This document shows positions 8,230 through 16,977 of a DNA stretch of 64,000 nucleotides, in pieces. Below the pieces are notes generated by a model. It worked only from the letters and a program-made list of their open reading frames with translations. It was not told the origin of the DNA and did no database searches. Position numbers and translations under genes: made by a program. The stretch is from a virus: the IMG/VR virus record IMGVR_UViG_3300042514_000542, positions 60,370-124,369 of that record; one strand, given 5' to 3'. The first letter of the stretch is position 1, and each line of letters starts with the position of its first letter.

Positions 8230-9600
8230 AGATTACGTTTTCGGTCTATGTTGAATACAGAGTTTATTATTTGCTGAGTGTAATCTTATCAAATCACATT
8301 TTTTGCTACGTGTCCTAGCCATTAGACGATACCATCTTATATAGAATGCGATGGCAGCAGGATTCGAACCTACATCACGATCTTAACAGGATATGCATTA
8401 TTTGCTGTTGTGATTTTATTCAAGAGTCTATTTCACTTTGCGGCAGACACATTATAAGTCTTCCTAAGAAGATTGTTATCGTTCGTCCCGTATCTGTTAC
8501 ATATCTATTACTAGACTTAGTTCCACTATCTACCATCGCCGTATCGGTTTCCCGACTCTAACTACCTTAGTGCCGTTATTCAGTTCTCTATATGCTGTTA
8601 GACTCTTTTTATCAGATTTATTATTGTGGCATCGAATCCACTAATGCTTACGCATATTATCCTTGTTGGTTTGCTGTAATAAATCTTTTCAAAATGCCAT
8701 TGTTGTTTGGACTCCAGCGTTTACCAATTCCGCCATACCTCACATTATTAATAACTGTGGAGGCAGTAGGACTTGAACCTACAAGATTTTCATCGGGAGT
8801 TTTGCTTCCTTTTATTTGCTGTTAGCATTTTTATTACAAATTCTGGCTATTCCTAGCTTATTTCCCTTGTTTATGTAGAGCGGGAAATATAAGAGTCGAA
8901 CTTATTAGTAAGATGCGGACAGAATTTTATCAGAACATGTTTTTGGGAAACCGTTCCCTATTAAGGCGGGAGTCGAACCCTAGCCCCACTTAGTTTTGGT
9001 AGTGATTTATTATTTGCTGTTAATGTTCTTATTCAGAAAAAGTGAAGATTAACTCCTATCTTAAGCTCCATATCACAACCTCTGATATGGTGAGGATACC
9101 CGCACGACTTTCATCGTTTTGCATATTTGCTTTTATTTTTGTTTTAGTTGCTGATACTTTTTCTTATACGATTGACGGATATGGAATCGAACCATTTTAG
9201 TTCCCTCGGGCCACCGACAGGTTATTTGATATAATAATTGTTTTAGTTGCTGAAGTCAATCTATCAGAGGACGTTTTTATTTCAATTAACGTTTGATTTT
9301 ATATATTTGCTGAATGTCCTCTTGTTATGGGATTTCCGATTCGTCACCCACTATTCAGCCTTTTATATCTTTCGACACCGCTTGACTGAATCACTTATTG
9401 ATCGTCTTAAATTTCGGATTACGTTTATTTTCAATAACAATGAATTTGGTTATTTGCTGATTGTAATCCTATATCAGATCGCGTTTTTTATTTCCAATAA
9501 TAAGTTAATATTTGCTGAATACGATCTTGTTGATAGTTTTTATTATTTCGAACCGTAGAACTACCAAACTACTGAGATTCTTTTATGTCCTCTACTCATG
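8230..9600 (-). ncRNA. non-coding region with several tRNA-like T-arm/acceptor motifs (possible divergent or decayed tRNA cluster)
   Basis: No credible ORF. Minus-strand GTAGG-TTCGAAT-CCTGC (~8358), GTAGG-TTCAAGT-CCTAC (~8770), ATAAG-TTCGACT-CTTAT (~8893), GGG-TTCGACT-CCC (~8972), ATGG-TTCGATT-CCAT (~9183). TATTTGCTG box recurs ~10 times. Canonical cloverleaves could not be completed by hand. Confidence 0.35.
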
Positions 9601-9638
9601 TATTTAAACATAGAGTAGAGGTTTGTCAACCACGACAA

Positions 9639-11297
9639 TTAGATTTCAACCATATTGAGGATTTCTTGGTCTAGGGCAATGTTGATAAGATCATAAGTAG
9701 TCTTAATCTTACCACTTAGGAAGCTTACAGCACTGGCTGAATATCCGCCCATATAATATACGTTCTGAACATCTTTACCAGTCTCAAACTTCTCACCAGT
9801 TCCTCGACCATATGCATTACTTTGAAGGTTCCAGAGAACAATCACAAAGTTATCTACATAAGCCTTGGAGAATCCAGCATTACGAAGTGTGTCTAGTGCC
9901 GCTTCAACATTAGTTCTACCTAGTGATGCTGGATTAAACTCTGAATCGGACACTGCTAGAATTCCACTAGGAAAATCTGATTCAGGTGTTCCCTCTCTCT
10001 TCATCTTAGCGAAAAGATTAATAACACTTTGGAAGTTAGTTCCACCATAAAAAGAAGACTTATCATTCTTCCACTTATCGACAGGTGTTTGACCAACCCA
10101 TTTCCTAAGTTTAGCATCGGAATTGAATTCAATCCAATGACCTGCAAAGGTTCCTTGTAGGAATTCACTGAAATATAGTGCTAGAGCTTTACCGACATTA
10201 TAACAACTTGATTTAGTTCCCGGACATTGTGAAGACATGCTGCCGCTTACGTCTCTTACCACGATAAGATCAGTAACTTCGTTATCTCTTGCCTTTTGGA
10301 CAAGTGTATCGAATTGCTTATTGATAGTTGCTTCCTTGTTCTTAACACCCATCCAAGAACCTTCAAAGAGTTCATGAACAAATCCAGTATACTTAACGTC
10401 CTTGGTTTCGGGTGCAGTAATCCATGCGGAATACTTGTCACTAAGACCATGATTCTTAAGGAACTTGGACTTAACAAGAATCGACAATGCACGACCATGA
10501 ATCTTATCAAACTCAAGTTCATTGAACTTAGCCTTAGAGATTAGCTTTTGCCAATCATGTGCGGTTCCACTGTTCTTAAGCTTACGATATTGCTTATAGG
10601 TAGAAGGGGTTTCCTTTTGTCCAAAGATCAATGAGCAGATCCACTTAGCGATTGCATTGTTGGATTGTGCATCAATGGTAGTAGCTTGGCTACGTGCTTT
10701 GATTTGTGGGAGATACTTCTTCACAAGATCACAAGTATTCTTGTTATGAAGTCCTGCAAGAATCAATTGACCAAACTTATCCCAATCAAGCTTACGGTTA
10801 TTCCAACCATTATAGCTAAGGTCATATTGAAGCATGGTGAATACATCGTGCCACGATCCAAGAGATACAAACAATAGGATGTTATTCCAGAATGCTTGTG
10901 GAGACTTGTCATGTAGCCAAATCATACGCATAATTGCTTCATGCTTAAGTTCAGTTCCCTTTTGAGGGGATTCAGTCTTAGTTCCATCAGGAAGATTAAC
11001 CGTGCGAGGAATGGTTCTCATAAACAAGGCAAACTTAGTAGCCTTAAGAGGATCTTCACCCCACAACATTTCACAATCTTGTGCGATTTCAGAATACTTA
11101 CGAGGAACTTTATACTTACCTGCTTTGGTGAACTGGTCAGTTAGGGAATCACCAGAACTTGAAAATTTCTTAGCACCGTTACCTGAACGGGTTACATTTG
11201 ATTGAGCCTTTGCATTATTTAGGAATGCATTAACTTCTCCACGGGTGACAGCTTTCTTAGTAGCTACGACTTCTGGTTTGCGTTTGTTTTCGAACAT
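9639..11297 (-). CDS. vWA-domain protein (MIDAS motif DVSGSM; DUF2828-like)
   Basis: 552 aa; LIVVRDVSGSMSS is a von Willebrand A MIDAS motif; unusually long ~90-nt leader. Confidence 0.5.
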   Translation of the reverse strand: MFENKRKPEVVATKKAVTRGEVNAFLNNAKAQSNVTRSGNGAKKFSSSGDSLTDQFTKAGKYKVPRKYSEIAQDCEMLWGEDPLKATKFALFMRTIPRTVNLPDGTKTESPQKGTELKHEAIMRMIWLHDKSPQAFWNNILLFVSLGSWHDVFTMLQYDLSYNGWNNRKLDWDKFGQLILAGLHNKNTCDLVKKYLPQIKARSQATTIDAQSNNAIAKWICSLIFGQKETPSTYKQYRKLKNSGTAHDWQKLISKAKFNELEFDKIHGRALSILVKSKFLKNHGLSDKYSAWITAPETKDVKYTGFVHELFEGSWMGVKNKEATINKQFDTLVQKARDNEVTDLIVVRDVSGSMSSQCPGTKSSCYNVGKALALYFSEFLQGTFAGHWIEFNSDAKLRKWVGQTPVDKWKNDKSSFYGGTNFQSVINLFAKMKREGTPESDFPSGILAVSDSEFNPASLGRTNVEAALDTLRNAGFSKAYVDNFVIVLWNLQSNAYGRGTGEKFETGKDVQNVYYMGGYSASAVSFLSGKIKTTYDLINIALDQEILNMVEI

Positions 11298-11387
11298 ATT
11301 GTTATTATTGGTTTGTTGTTGAAATTTAATTTACTCTATCTTTTTGGTTTGTCAAGCGATTGGCTTGAACTTTCTTTTGTTGAAGCT

Positions 11388-11409
11388 ATTGTATTTCGGT
11401 TTTAATTAA
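11388..11409 (-). promoter_or_regulatory. cassette motif copy
   Basis: +strand ATTGTATTTCGGTTTTAATTAA; serves the vWA gene through a ~90-nt leader with hairpin CAAGCCAATCGCTTG. Confidence 0.55.
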
Positions 11410-11912
11410 TCTTTCAGAACTTGTAGTCTCCATTTAGCCGTTGATCTACTAATCTGTCTCAATTCCTTTTGGTGTCTATGATGATCAATATCATTCTTAG
11501 CTTTATCGTTTAGAATTCTACGATTGGGGATTTTAATATTATCATAATCATATTCACTTATAAATTGTGGAACATAAAAATAAGAATTTACTGTATCCAT
11601 GGGTTTCTTAAATCTCCACCAACTTCCAAGTTGATAACACCAACATTGATATTTTTTCCAGTATTCATTTTTCTTAGATCGCAATCTAATACAAAACAAT
11701 AGACCTTCACGTTTAGGAAAACCGGGATCATCACATCTTTCAATATATCTTAATGGGCCATCATAATCTCTTCCTTCTTTAGCATAAGCTAACAATTCAT
11801 AATCATAACACTCTTCGGGTGTCAATGGTTCTTCATCTTCTTCGATTGGGATCTGATGCATGATACTAGAGAAGTCAGCATACCAATCAAGTTCTTTAAC
11901 TTTTAGTTTCAT
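11406..11912 (-). CDS. hypothetical protein
   Basis: 168-aa ORF. Confidence 0.5.
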   Translation of the reverse strand: MKLKVKELDWYADFSSIMHQIPIEEDEEPLTPEECYDYELLAYAKEGRDYDGPLRYIERCDDPGFPKREGLLFCIRLRSKKNEYWKKYQCWCYQLGSWWRFKKPMDTVNSYFYVPQFISEYDYDNIKIPNRRILNDKAKNDIDHHRHQKELRQISRSTAKWRLQVLKD

Positions 11913-11924
11913 GTCACTATTGTA

Positions 11925-12230
11925 TTATGGTAGATAATGGGTTACAAACCTTTCCTTAGCTTCCTTAAAATTCCTAGCACCACCTTCAAGATAGTGAAAA
12001 ATATTAGCACCGGAAAGGTCAATAACATTTAGTGGTTTAAAGAAATGTCTAAACACATTACCCTTGCAATCAACAATATACCAAAGGAAACCCTTACCAT
12101 TATCCTTCAAAAATTCAGATAGTAAGCATCCACAACTATTCTTATCAAGATTACCAGTTAGCATATCCAATGGTCTTTCGTCTGGTTGCTCCATCATCCA
12201 ATTATAAACATCTGTTATTGTGTATTTCAT
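11925..12230 (-). CDS. hypothetical protein
   Basis: 101-aa ORF. Confidence 0.5.
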   Translation of the reverse strand: MKYTITDVYNWMMEQPDERPLDMLTGNLDKNSCGCLLSEFLKDNGKGFLWYIVDCKGNVFRHFFKPLNVIDLSGANIFHYLEGGARNFKEAKERFVTHYLP

Positions 12231-12236
12231 ATCGTT

Positions 12237-12258
12237 ATTATAGTTCGGTTTTAATTAT
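12237..12258 (-). promoter_or_regulatory. cassette motif copy
   Basis: +strand ATTATAGTTCGGTTTTAATTAT. Confidence 0.6.
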
Positions 12259-12261
12259 GGT

Positions 12262-13032
12262 TCAAACATCCCACAGTCTAGCAAAGAATTCATCAAGTTC
12301 TTCTTTGGTTATCACGACCTTCTTACTAAAGATATAATCATTGATATCATTATAGTTAGTTAAGTTGAAGTTTTCACCATTAACATAAGACCACCATGAA
12401 CCATTCTTTTGTTGATCGGTGCATTCGGTAGCCCAATTATGTCCAATGTTGTGAAGCATTTCATGTTGATCGGCACGACCTTGACCATGTAGTTCTTTGG
12501 GTGAGAAGAATTGATTACAGAACATACTAAGACTATTACGTTCCCAATCCTTTACTCTCCATAGGAAGACATTGGCAACATCATCTTTAGGACATTGGAA
12601 TGCACGGGCATCAAAGATAGCAGGATTTGAATCTGCAAAATCCCAAACGTTGAAGAATTGTTGATAATTTTTAATTACCCAATTCTTATTAAAGTATGCT
12701 GTCATCATTGCAGCAGTAACACTTTCAATCTTATTCTGTCTACCACCAAACCATTGTTGTGTTTCAATGGTATCACTATCATCCAATACAAATGTCACTT
12801 CATCACTTTGAGCATATAAGGCTTTACATCCTTGCATTTGTTTTGCTACCTCTTTAGCAGACTCAAACATACAAGTAATAAGTGTTTGATCGAAAGGTCT
12901 TTGACAACCCTTTGTGAACTGACTAAAGCACTTGCCATCCACTCGTATAACTATAGGAATTTTAGGTAAGAAATAATTCTCACTTATAGATTCATATCGT
13001 TTTATTCTATCCCCCAAAGAGTCATTTTTCAT
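12262..13032 (-). CDS. Thg1-like protein (tRNA-His guanylyltransferase family, 3'-5' polymerase)
   Basis: RIKRYESISENYFLPKIPIVIRVDGKCFSQFTK...RPFD matches the Thg1/TLP N-terminal palm motifs; 256 aa. Confidence 0.55.
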   Translation of the reverse strand: MKNDSLGDRIKRYESISENYFLPKIPIVIRVDGKCFSQFTKGCQRPFDQTLITCMFESAKEVAKQMQGCKALYAQSDEVTFVLDDSDTIETQQWFGGRQNKIESVTAAMMTAYFNKNWVIKNYQQFFNVWDFADSNPAIFDARAFQCPKDDVANVFLWRVKDWERNSLSMFCNQFFSPKELHGQGRADQHEMLHNIGHNWATECTDQQKNGSWWSYVNGENFNLTNYNDINDYIFSKKVVITKEELDEFFARLWDV

Positions 13033-13972
13033 AATTCCATTTATATCCTTTATGTGTTTGTCTTTTCCCTTTACAACAAGCTACGATAGCTGATGGATCA
13101 AATCCAGTCGATTTGATGCTATCCCATGTTTTAATATGGTTATCATTTAAATCCTTTTGTTCAACTCTTATCCTGTTGTTTACGGGTGTGAAATTTATAT
13201 TATTATTCTTAAAGTAGTTTTTGATGCATTTTATAGGAACACCATATTTTTTGTAAAGCCTGTATATTGTATACTCTTCCGTTTTGAAATCTTTAACTAT
13301 ATCTAAATATTTTAAACTATGATCAATTGGTCCATCTTCATCAATTTTAGAATTTTTTAATTGTTTTATCTCCCACTTATGTTTGTATGATTCTACTGGA
13401 CAGTCACCAATATAATTTAAAAAATGTTTAGCAAATATTCGTTTGATATATATTCTGTTATTGGTGAAGTTGATCCATGATTTCCATTCCTGTAATTGCC
13501 CATTTAGAAACTCTAAACTATCTTTATCGAAGGAATCTGTGCATAATTTAATATATCCATGACTCTTATCTAATGAACCATCACCAACATACCATAACAG
13601 AATTATAGTGTTTGTCAACTCTAAATCTTTCGGAACTATTTTAAGTCCTTCTGGATACCACACCATTCTAAGGTTGTAGAATGTTATGCTGCTCTTAGTT
13701 CTTATGCTATAATTTATATATGTCTTCTTTGTTCTCTTATCGTAAATTTCTCTTCTGATCGGACCATCTTTATATCTGGGAGATACCAAGTCTTTAAGTT
13801 GATTCCATACATACTCCACATGATCTAAATTACTACTACCATACATGAAGCAAGAGCTTTTACCCTTTATAGATAAGCACCCATCACCTAATAAGCATCC
13901 TTGAATTACTTCTAATTCGTATTGTGTTAAATTTATTACACTCATACTATTATTTAGTGTAGAGTGTAACAC
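13022..13972 (-). CDS. LAGLIDADG homing endonuclease
   Basis: Two LAGLIDADG-type motifs (LLGDGCL..., LWYVGDGSL); overlaps the Thg1-like gene start by 11 nt. Confidence 0.6.
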   Translation of the reverse strand: MLHSTLNNSMSVINLTQYELEVIQGCLLGDGCLSIKGKSSCFMYGSSNLDHVEYVWNQLKDLVSPRYKDGPIRREIYDKRTKKTYINYSIRTKSSITFYNLRMVWYPEGLKIVPKDLELTNTIILLWYVGDGSLDKSHGYIKLCTDSFDKDSLEFLNGQLQEWKSWINFTNNRIYIKRIFAKHFLNYIGDCPVESYKHKWEIKQLKNSKIDEDGPIDHSLKYLDIVKDFKTEEYTIYRLYKKYGVPIKCIKNYFKNNNINFTPVNNRIRVEQKDLNDNHIKTWDSIKSTGFDPSAIVACCKGKRQTHKGYKWNYEK

Positions 13973-14297
13973 TTTTCACATTTGGACATAAGAAAGTTCC
14001 AGATATAAGAACGGGTCTGGACTCCGCATGAAAAAGACTCTTACTGTCTATGTGAATGGTGGCCGGGAATTCTCTGTATTATTGAACTTGTTTTCCTTGG
14101 CTCTTATAATGATCTTCCACCGGGACTTCCAGCAGTTATAAGACGGTTCTCAACAGCCGACCATTATATAGAATCAATAGTTGAAGGTAGTCATCAGCAC
14201 CCATCATTCGTCCCGATTTTACGGATCTTTTTAAACTCAGATGATATATACGAAGCTCCGAACTACCACTAAATATACCTAGTCTCAACTATTAAAA

Positions 14298-14648
14298 TTA
14301 TTCAGCCTCAGTGTAGGCACTTTCGATATTAGCTGGGCAAAGCTTAATCTTAGAAGGATCAAGATCCTTGAAGTATTTCAATGCCCTTGCTTCAAGACTT
14401 TCAAATGCCGCAAGAACCATAGCTTCACGTTCCAATACCTTTGGAAGTTGATATGATGGAGCCTTAGCACGGGCGATAGCAATATCAATACCAAGCTTCT
14501 TTTCAAAGCGATCCATCGTAGTGTTAAGAAGAGAGAATCCATAAAGGATTTCATCATTCTCACGAATTGCAACCGCAACACCGCGAGGTTGATTGGTTTG
14601 TGCGTTTCTAATATACTGCTTAATTACTGTTTGTTTTTCTGTTTTCAT
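14298..14648 (-). CDS. hypothetical protein
   Basis: 116-aa ORF. Confidence 0.5.
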   Translation of the reverse strand: MKTEKQTVIKQYIRNAQTNQPRGVAVAIRENDEILYGFSLLNTTMDRFEKKLGIDIAIARAKAPSYQLPKVLEREAMVLAAFESLEARALKYFKDLDPSKIKLCPANIESAYTEAE

Positions 14649-14672
14649 AATTTTGTCTTTCGTTGTAATGCT

Positions 14673-14694
14673 ATTGTATTTCGGTTTTAATTAA
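14673..14694 (-). promoter_or_regulatory. cassette motif copy
   Basis: +strand ATTGTATTTCGGTTTTAATTAA. Confidence 0.6.
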
Positions 14695-14993
14695 CTCTTT
14701 TCGAACTTAGCTTTCAATGCTTCATATTGTCTTTTCTCAAATTCAAACTGTCTTTGATTATACTCTACCTCTTGTTTAAGACGAAGTGCTTCTTCCTCGT
14801 CGGTTTCAAGCTTATCACCATATAGAGTGTGTCTATAATAAGACCCATCTTCACAACTGTAATCGTAATCGAGTTTCAAATTGGTGTATTCATCAGAATA
14901 ATAACCAAACTCTTGTGTCAAGCTATCAATGACTTCATAAAGGGTTCCTGAAAAATGTAGTGTTGTAAGAGTATGTGTCTTTATCTTTTTCAT
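14691..14993 (-). CDS. hypothetical protein
   Basis: 100-aa ORF. Confidence 0.5.
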   Translation of the reverse strand: MKKIKTHTLTTLHFSGTLYEVIDSLTQEFGYYSDEYTNLKLDYDYSCEDGSYYRHTLYGDKLETDEEEALRLKQEVEYNQRQFEFEKRQYEALKAKFEKS

Positions 14994-14999
14994 AACGTT

Positions 15000-15021
15000 A
15001 TTGTATTTCGGTTTTAATTAT
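15000..15021 (-). promoter_or_regulatory. cassette motif copy
   Basis: +strand ATTGTATTTCGGTTTTAATTAT. Confidence 0.6.
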
Positions 15022-15156
15022 GTGGGAAGTAGGGGAATTGCACCTAACCGTAAGACTATACGACTACTAACTAGTCTTCACCGTATAATCCCATAAGCCC
15101 TAATCGTTCGTCCTTATTGAACGCGCCTTTACTCTTTAAGACGTAACTTCCCCGTT

Positions 15157-15420
15157 TTAGATCCTATTACCATCTTTATCATACTTGACTTCAAACCTAT
15201 TAGGGTTCTCCTTGTCATATTTGATATACTCTTTGAATTCATTATCAAAGTCTTCAAAAGATGTGAAGTCTTTCCTATCTTGATATTGGTTAATCACCCT
15301 TTCAAGTTTGGTTGGTTTGTAATCATTATGTGAACCAGATGAGAATGAGAATATCAATCCCAATACTGGAATACCCACAATGAAAAGAAATAATACAATT
15401 GCTATAATAATACATTCCAT
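15157..15420 (-). CDS. small membrane protein
   Basis: 87 aa with N-terminal TM helix; 4-nt gap to the NAMPT-like gene. Confidence 0.45.
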   Translation of the reverse strand: MECIIIAIVLFLFIVGIPVLGLIFSFSSGSHNDYKPTKLERVINQYQDRKDFTSFEDFDNEFKEYIKYDKENPNRFEVKYDKDGNRI

Positions 15421-15424
15421 AATT

Positions 15425-16924
15425 TTAGAAGTGTTTTGCTACCCTCTCACGAATCTCTGCAAGCGTCCATTCTCGAATAATTTTCCCGTTGTTGAAGACT
15501 TCAACAAATTCACAATTAAGAACATCATCCCAAGTTGCCTGATCCTTTAGGTAAAATTCACCTTCAAGATCTTTATAGACTGCGAGCAATCCTTTAGCCG
15601 ATTTCTTCATACCACTAGTATCAGTTTTAGGATCTTTGTAAATTTCCACCAATTCTCCATTCTTAACACAAGCTGTAGCTTTACAAGCCCACCCATCAGT
15701 ATCTCTTGTAACCATTTGATATGTAAAACTTCCGATACCCAAAACAAGATTAGTAGATGCGAAACCCTTAGCTTTAAGACCCTCGCAGATTCTTTCTGCT
15801 ACCTCTAAAGTCACTCCATCACCAAGGATAGCACCAACCTTTTCGTGTAGGACTTTATAACCCTTATCATTAACAGTTCCCCCAAAAATATCCCATAGAA
15901 GTTCAACAGTTCCCAATCTTTCGGGACTACCTTCTGGAGCATCAGGATCACCAATGATAATTAGAACATTATCACCACTATCAGGTCTAAATACCGTTTT
16001 ATTAACGAAGTGTCCTTCACGGGAAAGGATAGCCCTTTGCACATCTTCCTCTCTAAGAGTTACGTTTAGGAAAGACCAATAATCGTAGGTGTCAGAAACT
16101 AAGCTAACAATACCATAAGGTTGAACTTCAGTGATGATGTGAAGCATCATTTCCTTCTCGCTTTTATCTCCCCACGAAGAAACCACGCTATGCTCAGTTG
16201 CGCTCACACTACATCCGACTAATTCTTCATCCGAATTAGCATTGTAATACTCTTCGGCAAAGTCTACACCCCAAACAGTATCAGTTCCTACGAAGCTAGT
16301 TAAATGCCCCATATCTACTAATGCAGCAGCCTCGGTTCCCATACAACCACGGGCAGAAAAATTATGACCCTGAAAAGGAACAAATGTTTCGTCACCAGTT
16401 TCCTTAGCATATTTTTCAAGCAAGAGTCTAAACTGATTTGCGGTAGTCGCAGAAGTAGATAAAGGCCAATAATTAGCACTAATAATAGTTTCAAGATAAT
16501 TAGTTACCCAAAAGAAGTTTTCATCATTAGGTTTAGTATTCCAATATTGAAATGTCGGAACCTTATATGGAACCTTACTACCTTCAGGGAGAGCATATAC
16601 TTGGATAGGTAGATACCCTAGATCATGTAATGCTTCCATGTGCTTAGTTCCTACAACATTCTTCTCTCCCAAGTAGTTATTAACCCTTCTAGTAAAGCGT
16701 TTAATTACCTTTTCCTTTGGTTGATCAAAAAATCCATTCCATTGGTTGATGAAAATCTCTTTAATAACATACTGCATACCTAGTGCAACTACATGTTTCG
16801 GAATGTTTTTTCGATAGGATTTTCTAGGAGTTCCATTACTCACTACTTGTTCGGTATCTGGGTGATAAGCGTTCTTATGGAACATTTTATACCCATCAAT
16901 TTGTGTTTCAGCGTTGTTTTGCAT
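15425..16924 (-). CDS. nicotinamide phosphoribosyltransferase family protein (NadV/NAMPT-like; candidate Namat of an NARP1-type NAD+ reconstitution pathway)
   Basis: 499 aa; length and overall sequence match the NAMPT family from memory of phage NadV proteins. Confidence 0.6.
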   Translation of the reverse strand: MQNNAETQIDGYKMFHKNAYHPDTEQVVSNGTPRKSYRKNIPKHVVALGMQYVIKEIFINQWNGFFDQPKEKVIKRFTRRVNNYLGEKNVVGTKHMEALHDLGYLPIQVYALPEGSKVPYKVPTFQYWNTKPNDENFFWVTNYLETIISANYWPLSTSATTANQFRLLLEKYAKETGDETFVPFQGHNFSARGCMGTEAAALVDMGHLTSFVGTDTVWGVDFAEEYYNANSDEELVGCSVSATEHSVVSSWGDKSEKEMMLHIITEVQPYGIVSLVSDTYDYWSFLNVTLREEDVQRAILSREGHFVNKTVFRPDSGDNVLIIIGDPDAPEGSPERLGTVELLWDIFGGTVNDKGYKVLHEKVGAILGDGVTLEVAERICEGLKAKGFASTNLVLGIGSFTYQMVTRDTDGWACKATACVKNGELVEIYKDPKTDTSGMKKSAKGLLAVYKDLEGEFYLKDQATWDDVLNCEFVEVFNNGKIIREWTLAEIRERVAKHF

Positions 16925-16977
16925 AATTTTATTTAATATTTTTGTTGGAATTATTTACGGAGTGACTAAATAATAGT

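Noticed and set aside
8340-9240. Calling individual canonical tRNA genes (with anticodons) in the 8.2-9.6 kb region
   Set aside because: Hand folding found good T-arms but no correctly spaced complementary 5' acceptor strands or D-arms. Only a low-confidence tRNA-like cluster is reported.
8346-9558. Plus-strand ORFs 8346..8561, 8592..8825 and 9247..9558 in the tRNA-like region
   Set aside because: Ile/Leu/Phe-rich junk translations across T-arm-like repeats; no start-motif context. The region is better explained as non-coding RNA.
13022-14297. Group I intron splitting the Thg1-like gene or its neighbour
   Set aside because: The Thg1-like ORF looks N-terminally complete and the upstream ORF has no Thg1 similarity and ends in a stop. 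No split exons were found, so only 'structured non-coding segment' is reported.
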